A DNA stretch of 64,000 nt from Chrysomallon squamiferum (taxonomy: Eukaryota > Animalia > Mollusca). The stretch is taken from NCBI GenBank assembly GCA_012295275.1, contig CM022665.1, positions 43,896,001 to 43,960,000 on the forward strand. The letters run 5' to 3'. Positions within the stretch are counted from its first letter, which is position 1. Every line of letters begins with the position of its first letter. The translations under genes were made by a program, and so were the position numbers. The notes below the pieces were generated by a model, which worked only from the letters and a program-made list of their open reading frames with translations, was not told the origin of the DNA and did not search any database. Below are positions 1 to 15,514 of this stretch, piece after piece.

Positions 1-19
1 ATTATTACTGTTGTTGTTG

Positions 20-69
<50 letters not shown>

Positions 70-421
70 GTTGTTGCTGTATCTTTTTTTTTTTATCTCT
101 CTTTTCTCTATTTTGATTACATATATCTTTTTTTGTGAAAAAAAAAAAAAAAAATTTCTTTGCTGCCATTTTAAGAATAAGCCATGAAATGGAAGCAGAG
201 TTTTCTCTATCATACATTACCATTATTCAAAGAATATACATCTGACATTCAAAAATGGTTAATATTTTAAAAATTAGAAAATTAGAAAAATATTTATTCA
301 TGATTATTCTTCAAGCTTTTGTCACAATGATATATTTCTTATATCCTTTTTTTTTTTTTTAACATTTTTAAATAACTTCAAGAGACTAATAATATTATTA
401 ATTATTTTTCTTTTCTATTAG

Positions 422-504
422 GGCAGCCTCCACCTGTAGACAGACCATCAGCCTGTCAGCTGTACAAAAAAGTCAGTGTTCCAGTGTATGCAACTCTTAA
501 AGGG
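422..504 (+). CDS. PLEKHH1/2: PLEKHH-family exon 1 in window (QPPPVDRPSACQLYKKVSVPVYATLKG); upstream exons lie outside the window
   Basis: ttttctattag acceptor and ggg|gtaagt donor. VPVYATLKG joins in phase 0 to KAAQIRSSPF of the next exon, a motif I recall from PLEKHH2 (VPVYTTLKGKATQISSSPF). Confidence 0.8.
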
Positions 505-1025
505 GTAAGTTCCAATGTATGCAACTCTTAAAGGGGTAAGTTCCAGTGTATGCAACTCTTAAAGAGGTAAGTTCCAGTGTATGCAACTCTTAAAGGGGTT
601 AGTTCCAGTGTATGCAACTCTTAAAGGGGTTAGTTTCCTTAAAGGGGTAAGTTCCAATATGCAACTCTTAAAGGGGTTAGTTCCAGTGTATGCAACTCTT
701 AAAGAGGTTAGTTTCAGGGGTAAGTTATGTATGCAACTCTTAAAGGGGTTAGTTCCAGTGTATGCAACTCTTAAAGAGGTTAGTTCCTTAAAGTATATGC
801 AACTCTTAAAGGGGGGTTAGTTCTTAAAGGGGTAAGTTCCAGTGAATGCAACTCTTAAAAGGTTTAGTTCCAGTGTATGCAACTCTTAAAAGGGTTAGTT
901 CCAGTGTATGCAACTCTTAAAAGGGTTAGTTCCAGTGTATGCAACTCTTAAAAGGGTTAGTTCCAGTGTATGCAACTCTTAAAGGGGTTAGTTCCAGTGT
1001 ATGCAACTCTTAAAGGGTTAAGTTC
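478..1025 (+). repeat. 31-bp tandem array copying the end of exon 1 plus its donor site, ~17 copies
   Basis: Unit gttccagtgtatgcaactcttaaagggGT(a/t)a; donor GTs at 505, 536 and onward. Confidence 0.95.
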
Positions 1026-1456
1026 TAGTTTATACAAGTTGTAAAGGAGTTCATTGCAGATGATCTTAAAGATATAAATTTTTGTTTGTGCAACTTGTAA
1101 GCAGGCATCTTTCCAAATCTAATTACATTCTAGACTATTTATTGTTTATGGTTCATTCAGTTATTAAAACAAGAACTCCAGTTTTATGTAAACATTATTA
1201 AAAGATTCTATATTTAAACTCAGAATCTGTACCAAATCAAATTACTTTTAAAGTCTTTAATACAAGACATCTAATAATTTAATGTCATTAGTTGATTTAT
1301 ACTTCTATTTTTTTTTTTTTTTTTCAACTTCATTTATTGATTTTATTTAAGGTCAGAAGTAAATTTAAGACTCTAAAAAAAAATAAACCTATTACATAAA
1401 AAAACAAAATGGGAGAAAAAAAAAATCCATTTCTCCTTTTGTTAAATCGTCTTCAT

Positions 1457-1496
<40 letters not shown>

Positions 1497-3407
1497 TCAG
1501 TCTGTTTAAAAATAGATCTCCAGACAGAAGCCTGTCTTTATTAACAGTGAAAGTTTAAAAAAAAAAAAACAACAAGAAAAGGTGAAGGTAAAAATGTCTG
1601 TGATTAAGAGATACAGGACTCTGTTAATTAACAGTCTATTGATTAATGGCTGACAAGACCATCACGAGAATGCCATTAACTGAATTAACAACAGGCTGTA
1701 CATTTTAAACACAGGCTAAAAACCCAGAAAAGCGTACTTTGATCAATTTTTCAGTTTGGAAGAAAAAAAAAAAAAATTAATCTGTAGAAAGAGCTCAACA
1801 TGGTAGCCAGTATTCAGGAAATATTACTTGATTTAATAATTTTTTCCATAAAAATCTATTAATACCACGATTCCTTGGCAAAACTTCTACTTACAGAATC
1901 AAAGGTTTGTTTCTTCCCTGGAGCTAAATGTTCTTATGAGTTTGACCTTTGAAATATTAAAATTGGTCAAAAGGTTTGTAAGGCGACTGAATGCTGCTTT
2001 AGAAAACACATTGTAATTGTGTCTTGTTGTTCTTGTTGTTTAGAGATAATGTTATTTTTGGGGGTGAGTGGTAGTTTGTGGGATCAAACCTGTGCAGATG
2101 CCTGGTTTTTGAGGTGCAGTATTTTTATCGAAATTTTTACATACCATTTAATTTTTTAAATTTTTTTTTGTTATGTTTGTTTTTGTTTTTGTTTTTTTTA
2201 AATTTTAAAAATTTTTTGTAATTTTTAATTTTTTTTTTTTGTAATTTATAAAACAAAAACTACTGAATGTGATTAGTGGTTGAAGCACAAGCATTATATA
2301 TCCACAGTGATAGCTGACATTTTGTATCAGTAGTGATACTTTTCTAACTTTTTCTGCATATTATAATGATAGATCTCACCTTAACTCAGTGAAAAAAACA
2401 AATAAAGTTAAAAAAAATCAAATGTGAAAGGTGCAAATAATTTTTTTGTTTTTATTAATCATTTATTTTATAATTTAGCTTTTTTGTCAGAAACAGTTAT
2501 CTTCTTATTTCATTATTTTTTTTTTGTCAAGCAAATTTTTTCTCACATTTAGATTATTTCAAATACTTCAGTAGAATTTACAAAAACAATTTTTTTTTCA
2601 AAATGTTTTTTTTTTAATTTTTTTTCTCATCTACATCTTGACTCACATTTAGATTATTTCAAATACTTTGTTACAAATAAAAAAAAAAAAAGAAAGAAAA
2701 TTATTAATTTTGTTTTTGCTAAATGTTGCAGGTCGAGAGTTTTGTGTGTATTGTTAAAGACACATTCCATTTCCTTATTGATCCTCATTACACATACTTT
2801 ACATAGTTTACTGCACGCAACAGCCAGCTCCTCATTGAAGAAGTATTGATCTCACTCCACACTTAATTGATTGTTCCTCAACTCCTTATCTTCAGCATTA
2901 CAAGATTAAAGCTGCATTCTTAGAAACATAATAAGTCCATTGTTGATCTTGGTTTAGTCTGTGCTTTCGAAACGGATAAATCAAAAGTATCAGGATATGG
3001 TTATAGCTTATTAATTTCTCACTGTGTGTTTGTGTGTTTTTCTCTCTCTGTTTTGTTTTTCTTATGTATTTTTCTGATCTTTTTATCTCTTATGTGTATG
3101 TATGTGTGTGTGTATGTGTGTATGCATGTGTGTGTATATACACACATACGTTTTTAAGCCAATATTTTTCCTTGTCTATCTTTTTCTTTCTTTTTTGTTT
3201 CTCTTTCTCTCTCCTTCTCTATATCTTTTTCTTTTGTGTGTGTGTGTGTATGTGTATATATACACACTCATATATATATACATATCAATCTCTTCTCTAT
3301 CTCTATTTCTGTCTCTTTGTCTTTTTTCGTTTTGATATCTTTTTTAAAACCAATCATCTTTTCTCTCTTCTCTTTTCTTGATTTCGTTTTCTCTTTCCCT
3401 CTTTTTA

Positions 3408-3461
<54 letters not shown>

Positions 3462-3613
3462 CACTCACTCTCTCTCAATTCCTTTACTTTCTTTCTGTAA
3501 CTCTTTCTTTTTCTTTTTTCATATTTATTTTCTATGTTAAGCAACCAAATCGTCTAAAAACCTATTCAGCTATTTCTTTTGCTTTCTCTTCTTTTTTTTC
3601 CCCTTTTCACTCT

Positions 3614-3649
<36 letters not shown>

Positions 3650-4219
3650 TATTTTCTTTCATTCTCTCTTTCATGCTTTCTTTCTCACAGTCATGCCACT
3701 AAGCCAGAATAAAATAGAAAGCACAAAAAAAAAATAAAAATCCCTCTGATCATCAGTATATATTCTGACAGAACAGCCCACTTCATACTTGCTCCAGCTC
3801 ACACAGAGTTGTAATTAAAGACATACAGGTGATTTACAAAGATGTGATGTCTTTAACACAACCACACAAATCTGACACCACATTGTATTGTCATCAGTGG
3901 AATCATTAGTAGCTTTCTGTTGTGCAGTTTTTTTTTTTTACTGTGGTTTTTTTTCACAAACTGATTTCACAGAATCATTTTAAATGTTTTCTTTATTTCT
4001 TCATTTTTTTTTTTTTTTTTTTTTTTTCACACAAAAAAAAAAAAAAAAATTATTATTTTATATATATATAAAATGCAAAAACCAAACAACAACAGTAAAA
4101 AAAAAAAATAAAAAAAAAAAATGCATGTATATTATATATATATATATATATATATAAAATGCAAAACCCAAACAAACAAACAACAACAGTAATAAGAAAT
4201 AAATAAATAAAAATGCATG

Positions 4220-4255
<36 letters not shown>

Positions 4256-4738
4256 CAAAATAAACAAACATTAAGAAATAAAGATTATTATTTTATTATA
4301 TATATATATATATATATCATGCAAAACCCAAAACAAACAAACAGCAGATAATAAGAAAAAAAATTTATTATGACTACTGATGTAGGTTTTAAAAAAAAAA
4401 ATGATGACTACTGTGTTAAAAAAAGAAAACAGCTTTGTTTATAGACAACTTGTCATTGTGTTTAGACATTGCTGTCACCTGTCAGGTTATAATACATATA
4501 ATATCGGTGGTGATAGATTTGACACACAGTCGTTATTCCAGAACAAATGACAGTAATGAAATGTGCAGACACAGGTCTGTGCAGATATATCTACTTCACA
4601 ACATTCAGAGGCTTGTATATATATATAGATATAATTATTATCTATATCCTTTTAGCTTTCAGAGACTTCGTTGTTGGTTTCTAAACTAATGAAGACATAT
4701 TAATTATCCTCAGTATTTCTAGAAATTAAAATTATGGT

Positions 4739-4776
<38 letters not shown>

Positions 4777-5848
4777 TTTAATGGATGGTTAAAATTAAGC
4801 TTGAATGTTTTATTATTTCCATTAATTATATTTAACATGTATGTTACAGCCTTGCTGTGCAATATGAAGGTCATAAAATAATTTCTGCTCTGTGCATCAG
4901 CTTGTGATTTGCAAAATGTTCATCTAATAAAAGTCTAGTTATAATGTCACAGATCATTAATGTTTGTGTTTAATGTTCAGAGGTACTTTATTTTGATTTT
5001 TGTCAGCTATTATTTTATTGGGCTTTTTAATCATCACACAGATTACTAAGATATATTGAGTGACAGAAATTTTGAAGGATTTGTTCTAAAGAATTCATTA
5101 TATAGTATTTAATAGCATTATTAGGAAGTATTGGTATTGATTTTTCATTTAGATTTTGATCCTTTATTTTAATATATATATAACTTGCTATAATATAATA
5201 TAATATAATATAATATAATATAATATAATATAATATAATATAATATAATATAATATACTTAATATAATATAATTTAATATTATATATACATAATGTAATG
5301 CAATATAACAGAAGATAATATAGTAATCTAATGTAATGTCATGTACAGCTCTATAACTTATTTCAATAATAATAATAAGAAGAAGAAGAAAAGACGAAAA
5401 ATAACAACAACAACAACAACAACATTCGCCATGCTAATTTAGTCAGTGAGAAAAAACAATATTACAACAATAAATCAGTTATACTCTACATAAATCTTAT
5501 TCACTAAGCTATCGATATTTCTGTATGGGAAAAACAAGATACAAAAATATGAAAATAAAATAAAAGCTCACTATTATTCTTATCACTGCTTAATTACTGG
5601 AGAAATCAAGATACTTAAATGAACTCTGACCTGATCATTCCTTTTGACTATTTTCAGTATATGCATGTAGAAAATATTTCAGTGATAATTATTTTTGAAA
5701 AAAATAAAAATAAAAAATTAATTTTCTATTTTATCACACCTTTTATAAAACTAATAATTAGTCATTTTTATTTTGTTTTGTTTTGTTTTGTTTTGTTTTG
5801 TTTTGTTTTATTTTATTTATTTATTTACTTACTTTATTTTATTTTATT

Positions 5849-5883
<35 letters not shown>

Positions 5884-5895
5884 TTTTATTTTATT

Positions 5896-5926
<31 letters not shown>

Positions 5927-6046
5927 TTTTTTATAATACTAATAATTTTATTTTTAATTCATTTCATTTATTCATTCATTCATTCATTCATTCATTCATT
6001 CATTTATTCATTCATTTATTTATTTATTTATTTCACCAATTCACAG

Positions 6047-6153
6047 AAAGCTGCTCAGATCAGAAGTTCACCATTCATGGAGGATTCGTCATCAGACTCG
6101 TCTGAAAATGACGAGGACATTCCTGTTGCTGTAGTCCCTCCAAGCCAGCCTGG

Positions 6154-6188
<35 letters not shown>

Positions 6189-6260
6189 GTGGTTGTGATG
6201 GTGGTGTCCAACAAGCAGCCACAGCTAACGAAAACTCTACAAAGGATAAGTTAGCCAGAG
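6047..6260 (+). CDS. PLEKHH1/2: PLEKHH-family exon 2 (KAAQIRSSPFMEDSSSDSSENDEDIP...poly-Ala...KDKLAR)
   Basis: tcacag acceptor, ag|gttagt donor, 214 nt, phase 0 to 1; contains a (GCT)n poly-Ala tract. Confidence 0.85.
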
Positions 6261-6759
6261 GTTAGTGTGCGAAATAGATTGTCTCTGATGTTATGATTAG
6301 ATTTTGATTTTCCTCATCAAATATTTATTGCTGATAATTATTGTAATAGTTTGGATAATTCAGTTTCCCTTTTTTTTCCAGTTAGTGTTTCTGAGAGAGA
6401 AATTTTGTTCCCAATTTAGACTGATCTGCGAAAATTGTTCTTAATTGTCATCAGATATTCTGAAATTGATTTCAGGTTTAATACTGTTATTGGGACTGTG
6501 AAATATCGTTTTTTAATAATTTTATAGTAATGTTTTATTGTTTGATTGGACATAATTTAAAAAATATAAAAAAATAGTAGTAGTAGTAATAACAATAATA
6601 ATAATAATAATGTAACACATAAAATAATAAATAAATAAAGCTAGTTTCAAATCATAGTTACTTGTCTGTTGTAAAAATCAGCATATTGTAAGTAATTAGA
6701 TGTATTTGAAGTTATAACTGAAATGAACACATTTTCTCATGGGATCAGTCTTCTTTGAT

Positions 6760-9196
6760 GTAATAAATATCTTTATAAATACCGTGTTATGTAATAAATA
6801 CCTCTATAAATACCATGTTATGTAATAAATACCTCTATAAATACCATGTTATGTAATAAATACCTCTATAAATACCGTGTTATGTAATAAAAATCTCTAT
6901 AAATACCATGTTAAGTAATAAATATCTCTATAAATACCATGTTATGTAATAAATATCGCTATAAACACCATGTTGTGTAATAAATATCTCTATAAATACC
7001 GTGTTATGTAATAAATACCTCTATAAATACCGTGTTATGTAATAAATACCTCTATAAATACCGTGTTATGTAATAAATATCTCTATAAATACCATGTTAT
7101 GTAATAAATATCTCTATAAATACCATGTTATGTAATAAATATCTCTATAAATACCGTGTTATGTAATAAATACCTCTATAAATACCGTGTTAAGTAATAA
7201 ATACCTCTATAAATACTGTGCTATGTAATAAATACCTCTATAAATACCGTGCTATGTAATAAATACCTCTATAAATACCGTGTTATGTAATAAATACCTC
7301 TATAAATACCGTGCTATGTAATAAATACCTCTATAAATACTGTGTTATGTAATAAATACCGTGTTATGTAATAAATATCTCTATAAATACCGTGTTATGT
7401 AATAAATATCTCTATAAATACCATGTTATGTAATAAATATCTCTATAAATACCGTGTTAAGTAATAAATACCTCTATAAATACCGTGCTATGTAATAAAT
7501 ACCGTGTTATGTAATAAATACCTCTATAAATACCGTGTTATGTAATAAATACCTCTATAAATACCGTGCTATGTAATAAATACCATGTTATGTAATAAAT
7601 ACCTCTATAAATACAGTGTTAAGTAATAAATACCTCTATAAATACCGTGTTATGTAATAAATACCTCTATAAATACCGTGCTATGTAATAAATACCATGT
7701 TATGTAATAAATATCTGTATAAATACAGTGTTAAGTAATAAATATCTCTATAAATACAGTGTTAAGTAATAAATATCTGTATAAATACCGTGTTATGTAA
7801 TAAATATCTCTATAAATACCATGTTATGTAATAAATATCTCTATAAATACAGTGTTAAGTAATAAATATCTCTATAAATACCGTGTTAAGTAATAAATAC
7901 CTCTATAAATACCATGTTATGTAATAAATATCTCTATAAATACAGTGTTAAGTAATAAATATCTCTATAAATACCGTGTTATGTAATAAATACCTCTATA
8001 AATACCATGTTATGTAATAAATATCTGTATAAATACTGTGTTATTTAATAAATATCTCTATAAATACTGTGTTATGTAATAAATACCTCTATAAATACCA
8101 TGTTATGTAATAAATATCTGTATTATACCATGTTATGTAATAAATACCTCTATAAATACAGTGTTAAGTAATAAATACCTCTATAAATACCGTGTTATGT
8201 AATAAATACCTCTATAAATACCGTGCTATGTAATAAATACCATGTTATGTAATAAATACCTCTATAAATACAGTGTTATGTAATAAATACCTCTATAAAT
8301 ACCAGTGTTATGTAATAAATACCTCTATAAATACCGTGTTATGTAATAAATATCTCTATATATACCATGTTATGTAATAAATATCTCTATAAATACAGTG
8401 TTAAGTAATAAATATCTCTATAAATACCGTGTTATGTAATAAATACCTCTATAAATACCTGTGTTATATGTAATAAATACCTCTGTGTTATGTAAACATA
8501 TCTCTATATATACCGTGTTAAGTAATAAATATCTCTATAAATACATGTGTTATGTAATAAATACCTCTATAAATACCATGTTATGTATAAATATCTCTAT
8601 AAATACAGTGTTAAGTAATGTTCTATAAATAAATATAAGTAATAAATATCTCTATAAATACCGTGTTATGTAATAAATACCTCTATAAATATCATGTTAT
8701 GTAATAAATATCTGTATAAATACCATGTTATGTAATAAATATCTGTATAAATACCGTGTTATGTAATAAATATCTCTATAAATACCATGTTATGTAATAA
8801 ATATCTCTATAAATACCGTGTTATATAATAAATACCTCTATAAATACCGTGTTATGTAATAAATACCTCTATAAATACCATGTTATGTAATAAATACCTC
8901 TATAAATACCATGTTATGTAATAAATATCTCTATAAATACCATGTTTGTAATAAATACCTCTATAAATACCGTGTTATGTAATAAATACCTCTATAAATA
9001 CTGTGTTATGTAATAAATACCTCTATAAATACCGTGTTAAGTAATAAATACCTCTATAAATACCGTGCTATGTAATAAATACCGTGTTATGTAATAAATA
9101 CCTCTATAAATACCGTGTTATGTAATAAATACCTCTATAAATACCGTGTTATGTAATAAATACCTCTATAAATACCGTGCTATGTAATAAATACCA
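6760..9196. repeat. Intronic 31-bp minisatellite, ~78 copies
   Basis: Unit aataaata(c/t)ctctataaatacc(g/a)tgttatgt; period measured from 6791 to 6822. Confidence 0.95.
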
Positions 9197-9756
9197 CTGC
9201 CATGCAGTAAGCTCATTATTAAACCACTTCACGTCTCTTATGAAATTATTTTCTTTTATCACTTGCCATAGACAAAATTATCTCCTCTTGAGACAGAAAT
9301 CTCTTGTCGAAAAGGATTTTCTTTGAAGTTAATTTTAAAAATGGTTATTAATCTGTTTAAAAAAAAGAAAAGGAGAAAAAAAGAGTAAGAAGAAACACAT
9401 AAATAAATGAATAAATATAAATAAATAAATCTTTAAAAATGATATAAAAAAACAGAAAAGAAAAATCTTTTTTTTTAAAATCCTTATGTAAGATATTTTA
9501 AGTCCCCAATAAATACGTAACAAAGATCATTTTAACTACTTATACAGCAAACATAAGTACTGAGTTCAGTACAGATATTAAATTTAAAAATAAATGAGAT
9601 ACATTATTTAAGGCTTAAATTTTCTTTTCAAGACGTGTTATTGTGTAGTTGTGGGGAATGTTTGTATGCATGTATATCTCTGTAAAAACTTAAATTGTTG
9701 TACCTGTACTTGTGTGTATGTCAGTGTTTGTGTGCATATTTCCATCTGTATGTGAA

Positions 9757-9795
<39 letters not shown>

Positions 9796-9873
9796 AATAT
9801 CTAATAATTATATACAAGAATACAGATATATATATAATACATGTGTATGCATATATATATGTGTGTGTGTGTG

Positions 9874-9904
<31 letters not shown>

Positions 9905-10094
9905 ATAAATATTTATATACATACATACATACATACACACACATACATACATACATATATATATATATAAGTGTCTCTGTGTTCAAATATATAAAGAGTA
10001 GAATAATGGGAATCAGCCCAAGCTTCGTAACCTTTGTGTCATGTCAAATTACAGTTCAGTTCAGCTGCTCACAGAGAGATGTTTTTACTTACAG

Positions 10095-10234
10095 GTGTAT
10101 CGTGTCAGTCCACAATCTCTGAAGTGTCATGTGACTACGCTGTCCCACCCGACGATGTATCCAGCAAGAGTGATTCTGATACATCAGAACCAGAACAGAA
10201 GCTTCTCAAGTTTGCTTCCGACAGTCAGAAACAT
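10095..10234 (+). CDS. PLEKHH1/2: PLEKHH-family exon 3 (VSCQSTISEVSCDYAVPPDDVSSKSDSDTSEPEQKLLKFASDSQKH)
   Basis: ttacag acceptor, cat|gtaagt donor, 140 nt, phase 1 to 0; DYAVPPD...SEPEQKL motif typical of the PLEKHH region before the PH domains. Confidence 0.9.
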
Positions 10235-10921
10235 GTAAGTGTGTGGCCATTTTAACATGCAACATTTTAGATTTAATTTTTTTTTTTCCATGAAGAAGGA
10301 TTTAAGTGTAAAAAATTATGATGACTACTGTGTAAAAAAAGAAAACTGTTTGTTTATAGACAACTTGTCTTGCTGTTTAGACACTCCACATATGTTGTTT
10401 TGTTTTTTTTGTTTTTTTTATTATTGTTATTAGTGGTTATTTTGTGCCTTGTTGTTGTGTTTAAGAGAAAAGCAATGTGTTAGATAGTTGTGTTTTGTGT
10501 GTAAAATGGAAAGACTGTGACAGTGTTTGTGAAATCAGAAATGATGCTGTTTTTTTAATGTTAATGTAAAGAATATGTTTAAATGGGGTTTTTTTTTTAG
10601 TTAAAATAGATAATTTTATTTATTTTATTTTTTTTACATATTATCTGTTATTATTATTATTATTATATTTTAAGTACTGTCATTTATTATTATTATTATA
10701 GGGATTTTTATTTATTTTAATGTTTTTTTAGATTTATTATTTATTATATTTTTATTATTATTTCTATTATCACATTTTTATATTTATCATTTATTATCAT
10801 ATATTTTTTTAATTTATTTTTATTGTTTTATTATTATTTTATTTTATTTTATTATTATTATTATTATTATTATTTTTTTACACACACACAAAATATTTTT
10901 TATACATTTTTAAATACATAA

Positions 10922-12190
<1,269 letters not shown>

Positions 12191-12917
12191 AGTAATCCTA
12201 ACTCAGATAATCAGATTTTCTTGTATATATATACAGAGATGGTTTTTATGACCGTTTTTATTATACTGACTCTGAAATGATTTTATTTTCAATAATATCT
12301 TAAAATAGATGTTTTTGTAGACATTATAATGATATAAGCTAAAGTAATCAGAAGTGATTTTATTTTCATTATTATGAAGTTATAAAAGATATTGTCTTTA
12401 TAACCATTTGTAGTAATATTAGCTGAAGTAATCAGTTTTGCTTTTATTTTCAGTAATATAAGTTATTATAATATGTATATATATAGTTCTTATTGGCATT
12501 ATTGAAATAACGTTTGATGCAAGCTAAGGTAATCAAATTTGCCCATAATGTAAACAGTCAAAGTCTTTTTTGTTATTTGTTTTCTGATTATTTCACAAGT
12601 AAAACTTGTAAAGAAAGGTTCCTGAAAATGCACAGGTATGAAGTGAAGCCTGAGGACTAGCTGGTAACTGAATCAGTCCTCCTCGATGCTTCTATTAGTC
12701 CATGTCCTGTTCATTTTATCATGGGATCAGTCTTCTTTGATGTCGAATAAGTCTACATCTTCTTCAGGTCACTCATTCTTCTACCATACATATCAAAAGC
12801 TTTTATCAGGAATGACTATAAAGATGAGGAATGACTTTTTTTTCACTTTGTTGCTGTGTTTATAATAATATTTGTCAGACAGCGATTGTGGTAAATGATT
12901 ATGACTTTCTGTTTCAG

Positions 12918-12987
12918 ATATTTAATTCCAAGAAGACTCATTACTTGACAGCAAACTCTCCAGCAGAGCTAGAGAGATGGGTCAGAT
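12918..12987 (+). CDS. PLEKHH1/2: PLEKHH-family exon 5, PH1 C-half (IFNSKKTHYLTANSPAELERWVR)
   Basis: tttcag acceptor, t|gtaagt donor, 70 nt; conserved Trp of the PH C-terminal helix. Confidence 0.92.
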
Positions 12988-13705
12988 GTAAGTGTTCAGT
13001 CCTTAGCTTTGAAAATCAACTGTTAGTAATTGTTTTCATATTTTAGAAACATCATGTGATGGCAGGCTGCAAATTGTTATTAAAATTTGTTTATAAAATT
13101 TATTTTGATGTTGTTATGTGTTTAATATTTATTTGTGCGTGAGTGTGCTTGTGACTTTGAACATGAGTACCTCCCTTAACTGGTACAGATTAATTATTCA
13201 TATTTTGCTAATTCTTAATATTGTTATTTTTTATTACTACTACTACTACTGCTACTACTACTTACTACTACTACCACTACTACTACTATTACTACTACTA
13301 ATTATTTTTATAAAGGATATTTTAATTTGTTCTGTTTTACAAATGTTTAGTTTTAATTTATTTGTGTAATTTTACAAATGTGTAGGTACTTCACACTTAA
13401 CTGGTACAAATTAGGTATTAATATTTTTTCAATTTCTTAGTACTACTACTACTACCACTACCACTAATTATTATTTCTACTACTACTACTACTACTACCA
13501 TTATTTCTACTGCTACTCCTACTGCTATTAATCTATTTTATAAAGGATATATAATCTATTTTTTTTTTTAAAGGATATATTTTTGTTTTAATATTTTTTT
13601 CTATTTTATAAAAAAATTTTCTGTTTTAATATATTTCTGATACATTTTTGTTTTATTTTATAATGTTCTGTTTTATAAACTGTACATTTTATATTTTTTT
13701 TCCAG

Positions 13706-13794
13706 TGCTGAACCAGGTGTTGAAGAGACAAGCTACAAGCCATCTGTTAGAGAGTGTTGACTCAAAGGCTGTGGTCAAAGGCTGGATTACAAAG
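13706..13794 (+). CDS. PLEKHH1/2: PLEKHH-family exon 6 (LLNQVLKRQATSHLLESVDSKAVVKGWITK)
   Basis: ttccag acceptor, aag|gtgatc donor, 89 nt, phase 1 to 0; KGWITK starts PH2. Confidence 0.92.
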
Positions 13795-14651
13795 GTGATC
13801 ATTACATTTTATATATATATATATATATCAGAGGTCTCCCCAGCATTTGTGAAAGAGATTGACAAGAATCAGCATAACTGGTGCAAGTTAAAAATGAAGG
13901 GATGGTACAGAACAAATGTTCAGGAATACAAGTACTTTGGACAATGTTCAAATTACTTGTTTGTCAAAAAATACTCCTATAAACAGTTGCATCAAATGCA
14001 TTGACTATTAACCAGTTTTTTTGTACTAGCAAATTAAATAAAATCAAAGTGTCTTGTTTAGTTTATTATACAAAATGAAGTTGACTAAGTAAATGGGGTG
14101 GTGGATGTTGCTGATGTTGCTGATGTTGCTGACAAATGACAAAATTGTCATAAGCTGTAAGGGATGGTGGGCCTGCCATCTCTTACAGTATGTAGACAGA
14201 CCTCTGTATATATACAATATATTATATACATCTTCATATTAAACCAAGAAATGTTAATAATATATATACACAGTCTCAACACAAAATATTAAATAAACCT
14301 TTGTATGTTGAATACTTATATATATATATATATGCTCAACTTATATATATGTGCTTCTGTTTATATAACAGCTCTATATGGAGTATAAATTCATGCACCA
14401 TACTATTTGTATAATTTTTAACATTTTTATCAATAGTATGTTGATAATTAAAACATTCTGGAAAAAAGTAAAATCTTCTGAGTTTGGAACAAAAGTTTAC
14501 AGCATTTTTGAAGTGAAATTCAATGAGAGTATTTATATATTTGTACACAGACACAGATTTATTCTAGTCACATGTGTATCTTTTTTATTTTCACTACCTT
14601 TCAATAACTTGGCATCTTTCAGTATAGTTGGTCATTAAACAAAAATATCTC

Positions 14652-14713
<62 letters not shown>

Positions 14714-14735
14714 CCATTAAACAAATATTGATATC

Positions 14736-14805
<70 letters not shown>

Positions 14806-14924
14806 AGTATAGTTAGGTATTAAATAAAAAACAATTACCCATTAAACAAATATTGATATCTCATTACTGCAGTTATTGTGTGTATAATTGATTTTAAAAA
14901 GGTTTTTTTCTATTTGTTTTACAG

Positions 14925-15005
14925 GTTAAAAATGGAGTTTCTAAACGGTACTGGTGTGTGTTACTAAGTCGACACTTTCTGTACTACAAAAACCCTACCG
15001 ACAAA
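14925..15005 (+). CDS. PLEKHH1/2: PLEKHH-family exon 7, PH2 (VKNGVSKRYWCVLLSRHFLYYKNPTDK)
   Basis: ttacag acceptor, aaa|gtgagt donor, 81 nt in frame; absent from the ORF track, translated by hand. Confidence 0.9.
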
Positions 15006-15514
15006 GTGAGTAGTGCTGTAGTATGTGTTTTACTGTTTGTGAGAAGGTATAATTAAAATATCCTTTCCTGCTAATCAAGACAGTGATAACTTTCCTGTTC
15101 TTTTTGAAACTGATGACAATGCTGTTCCTAAATATTGTTGTGAAAAAATAATATATTTAATACCTAATAACCAATATCATCAAAATATGTTGACATAAAA
15201 TTAATTTATAATGACAGTTCTGTTTTGAAATACTGTTATTCAAAAATAACATTCTTAACATCTAATAACCGATATTATTAAAATACGTAGACATAAAATC
15301 AGTGAAATATTAATTTATAATGACAATTCTTATTTAATAATTATAATTTCTAATAACTAGTATTGTTAAACTACAAGTAAAATCAATCAAATATTAATTT
15401 ATGACAACAGTTATGTTCTGAAATACTATTAACCAAAAGTAACTTAATAATCACTATTCCTAATATAAGTAAAAGTAAAATTGATCAAATATTAATTGAT
15501 TTTTTCTGTGACAG

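Noticed and set aside
581-820. ORF MQLLKGLVPVYATLKG... as a repeat protein
   Set aside because: It is a translation of the 31-bp intronic donor array; only the first copy is exonic.
6760-9196. CRISPR-like array (also considered for the 31-, 51- and 62-bp arrays)
   Set aside because: Units are contiguous with no unique spacers, there are no cas genes, and the context is a eukaryotic intron.
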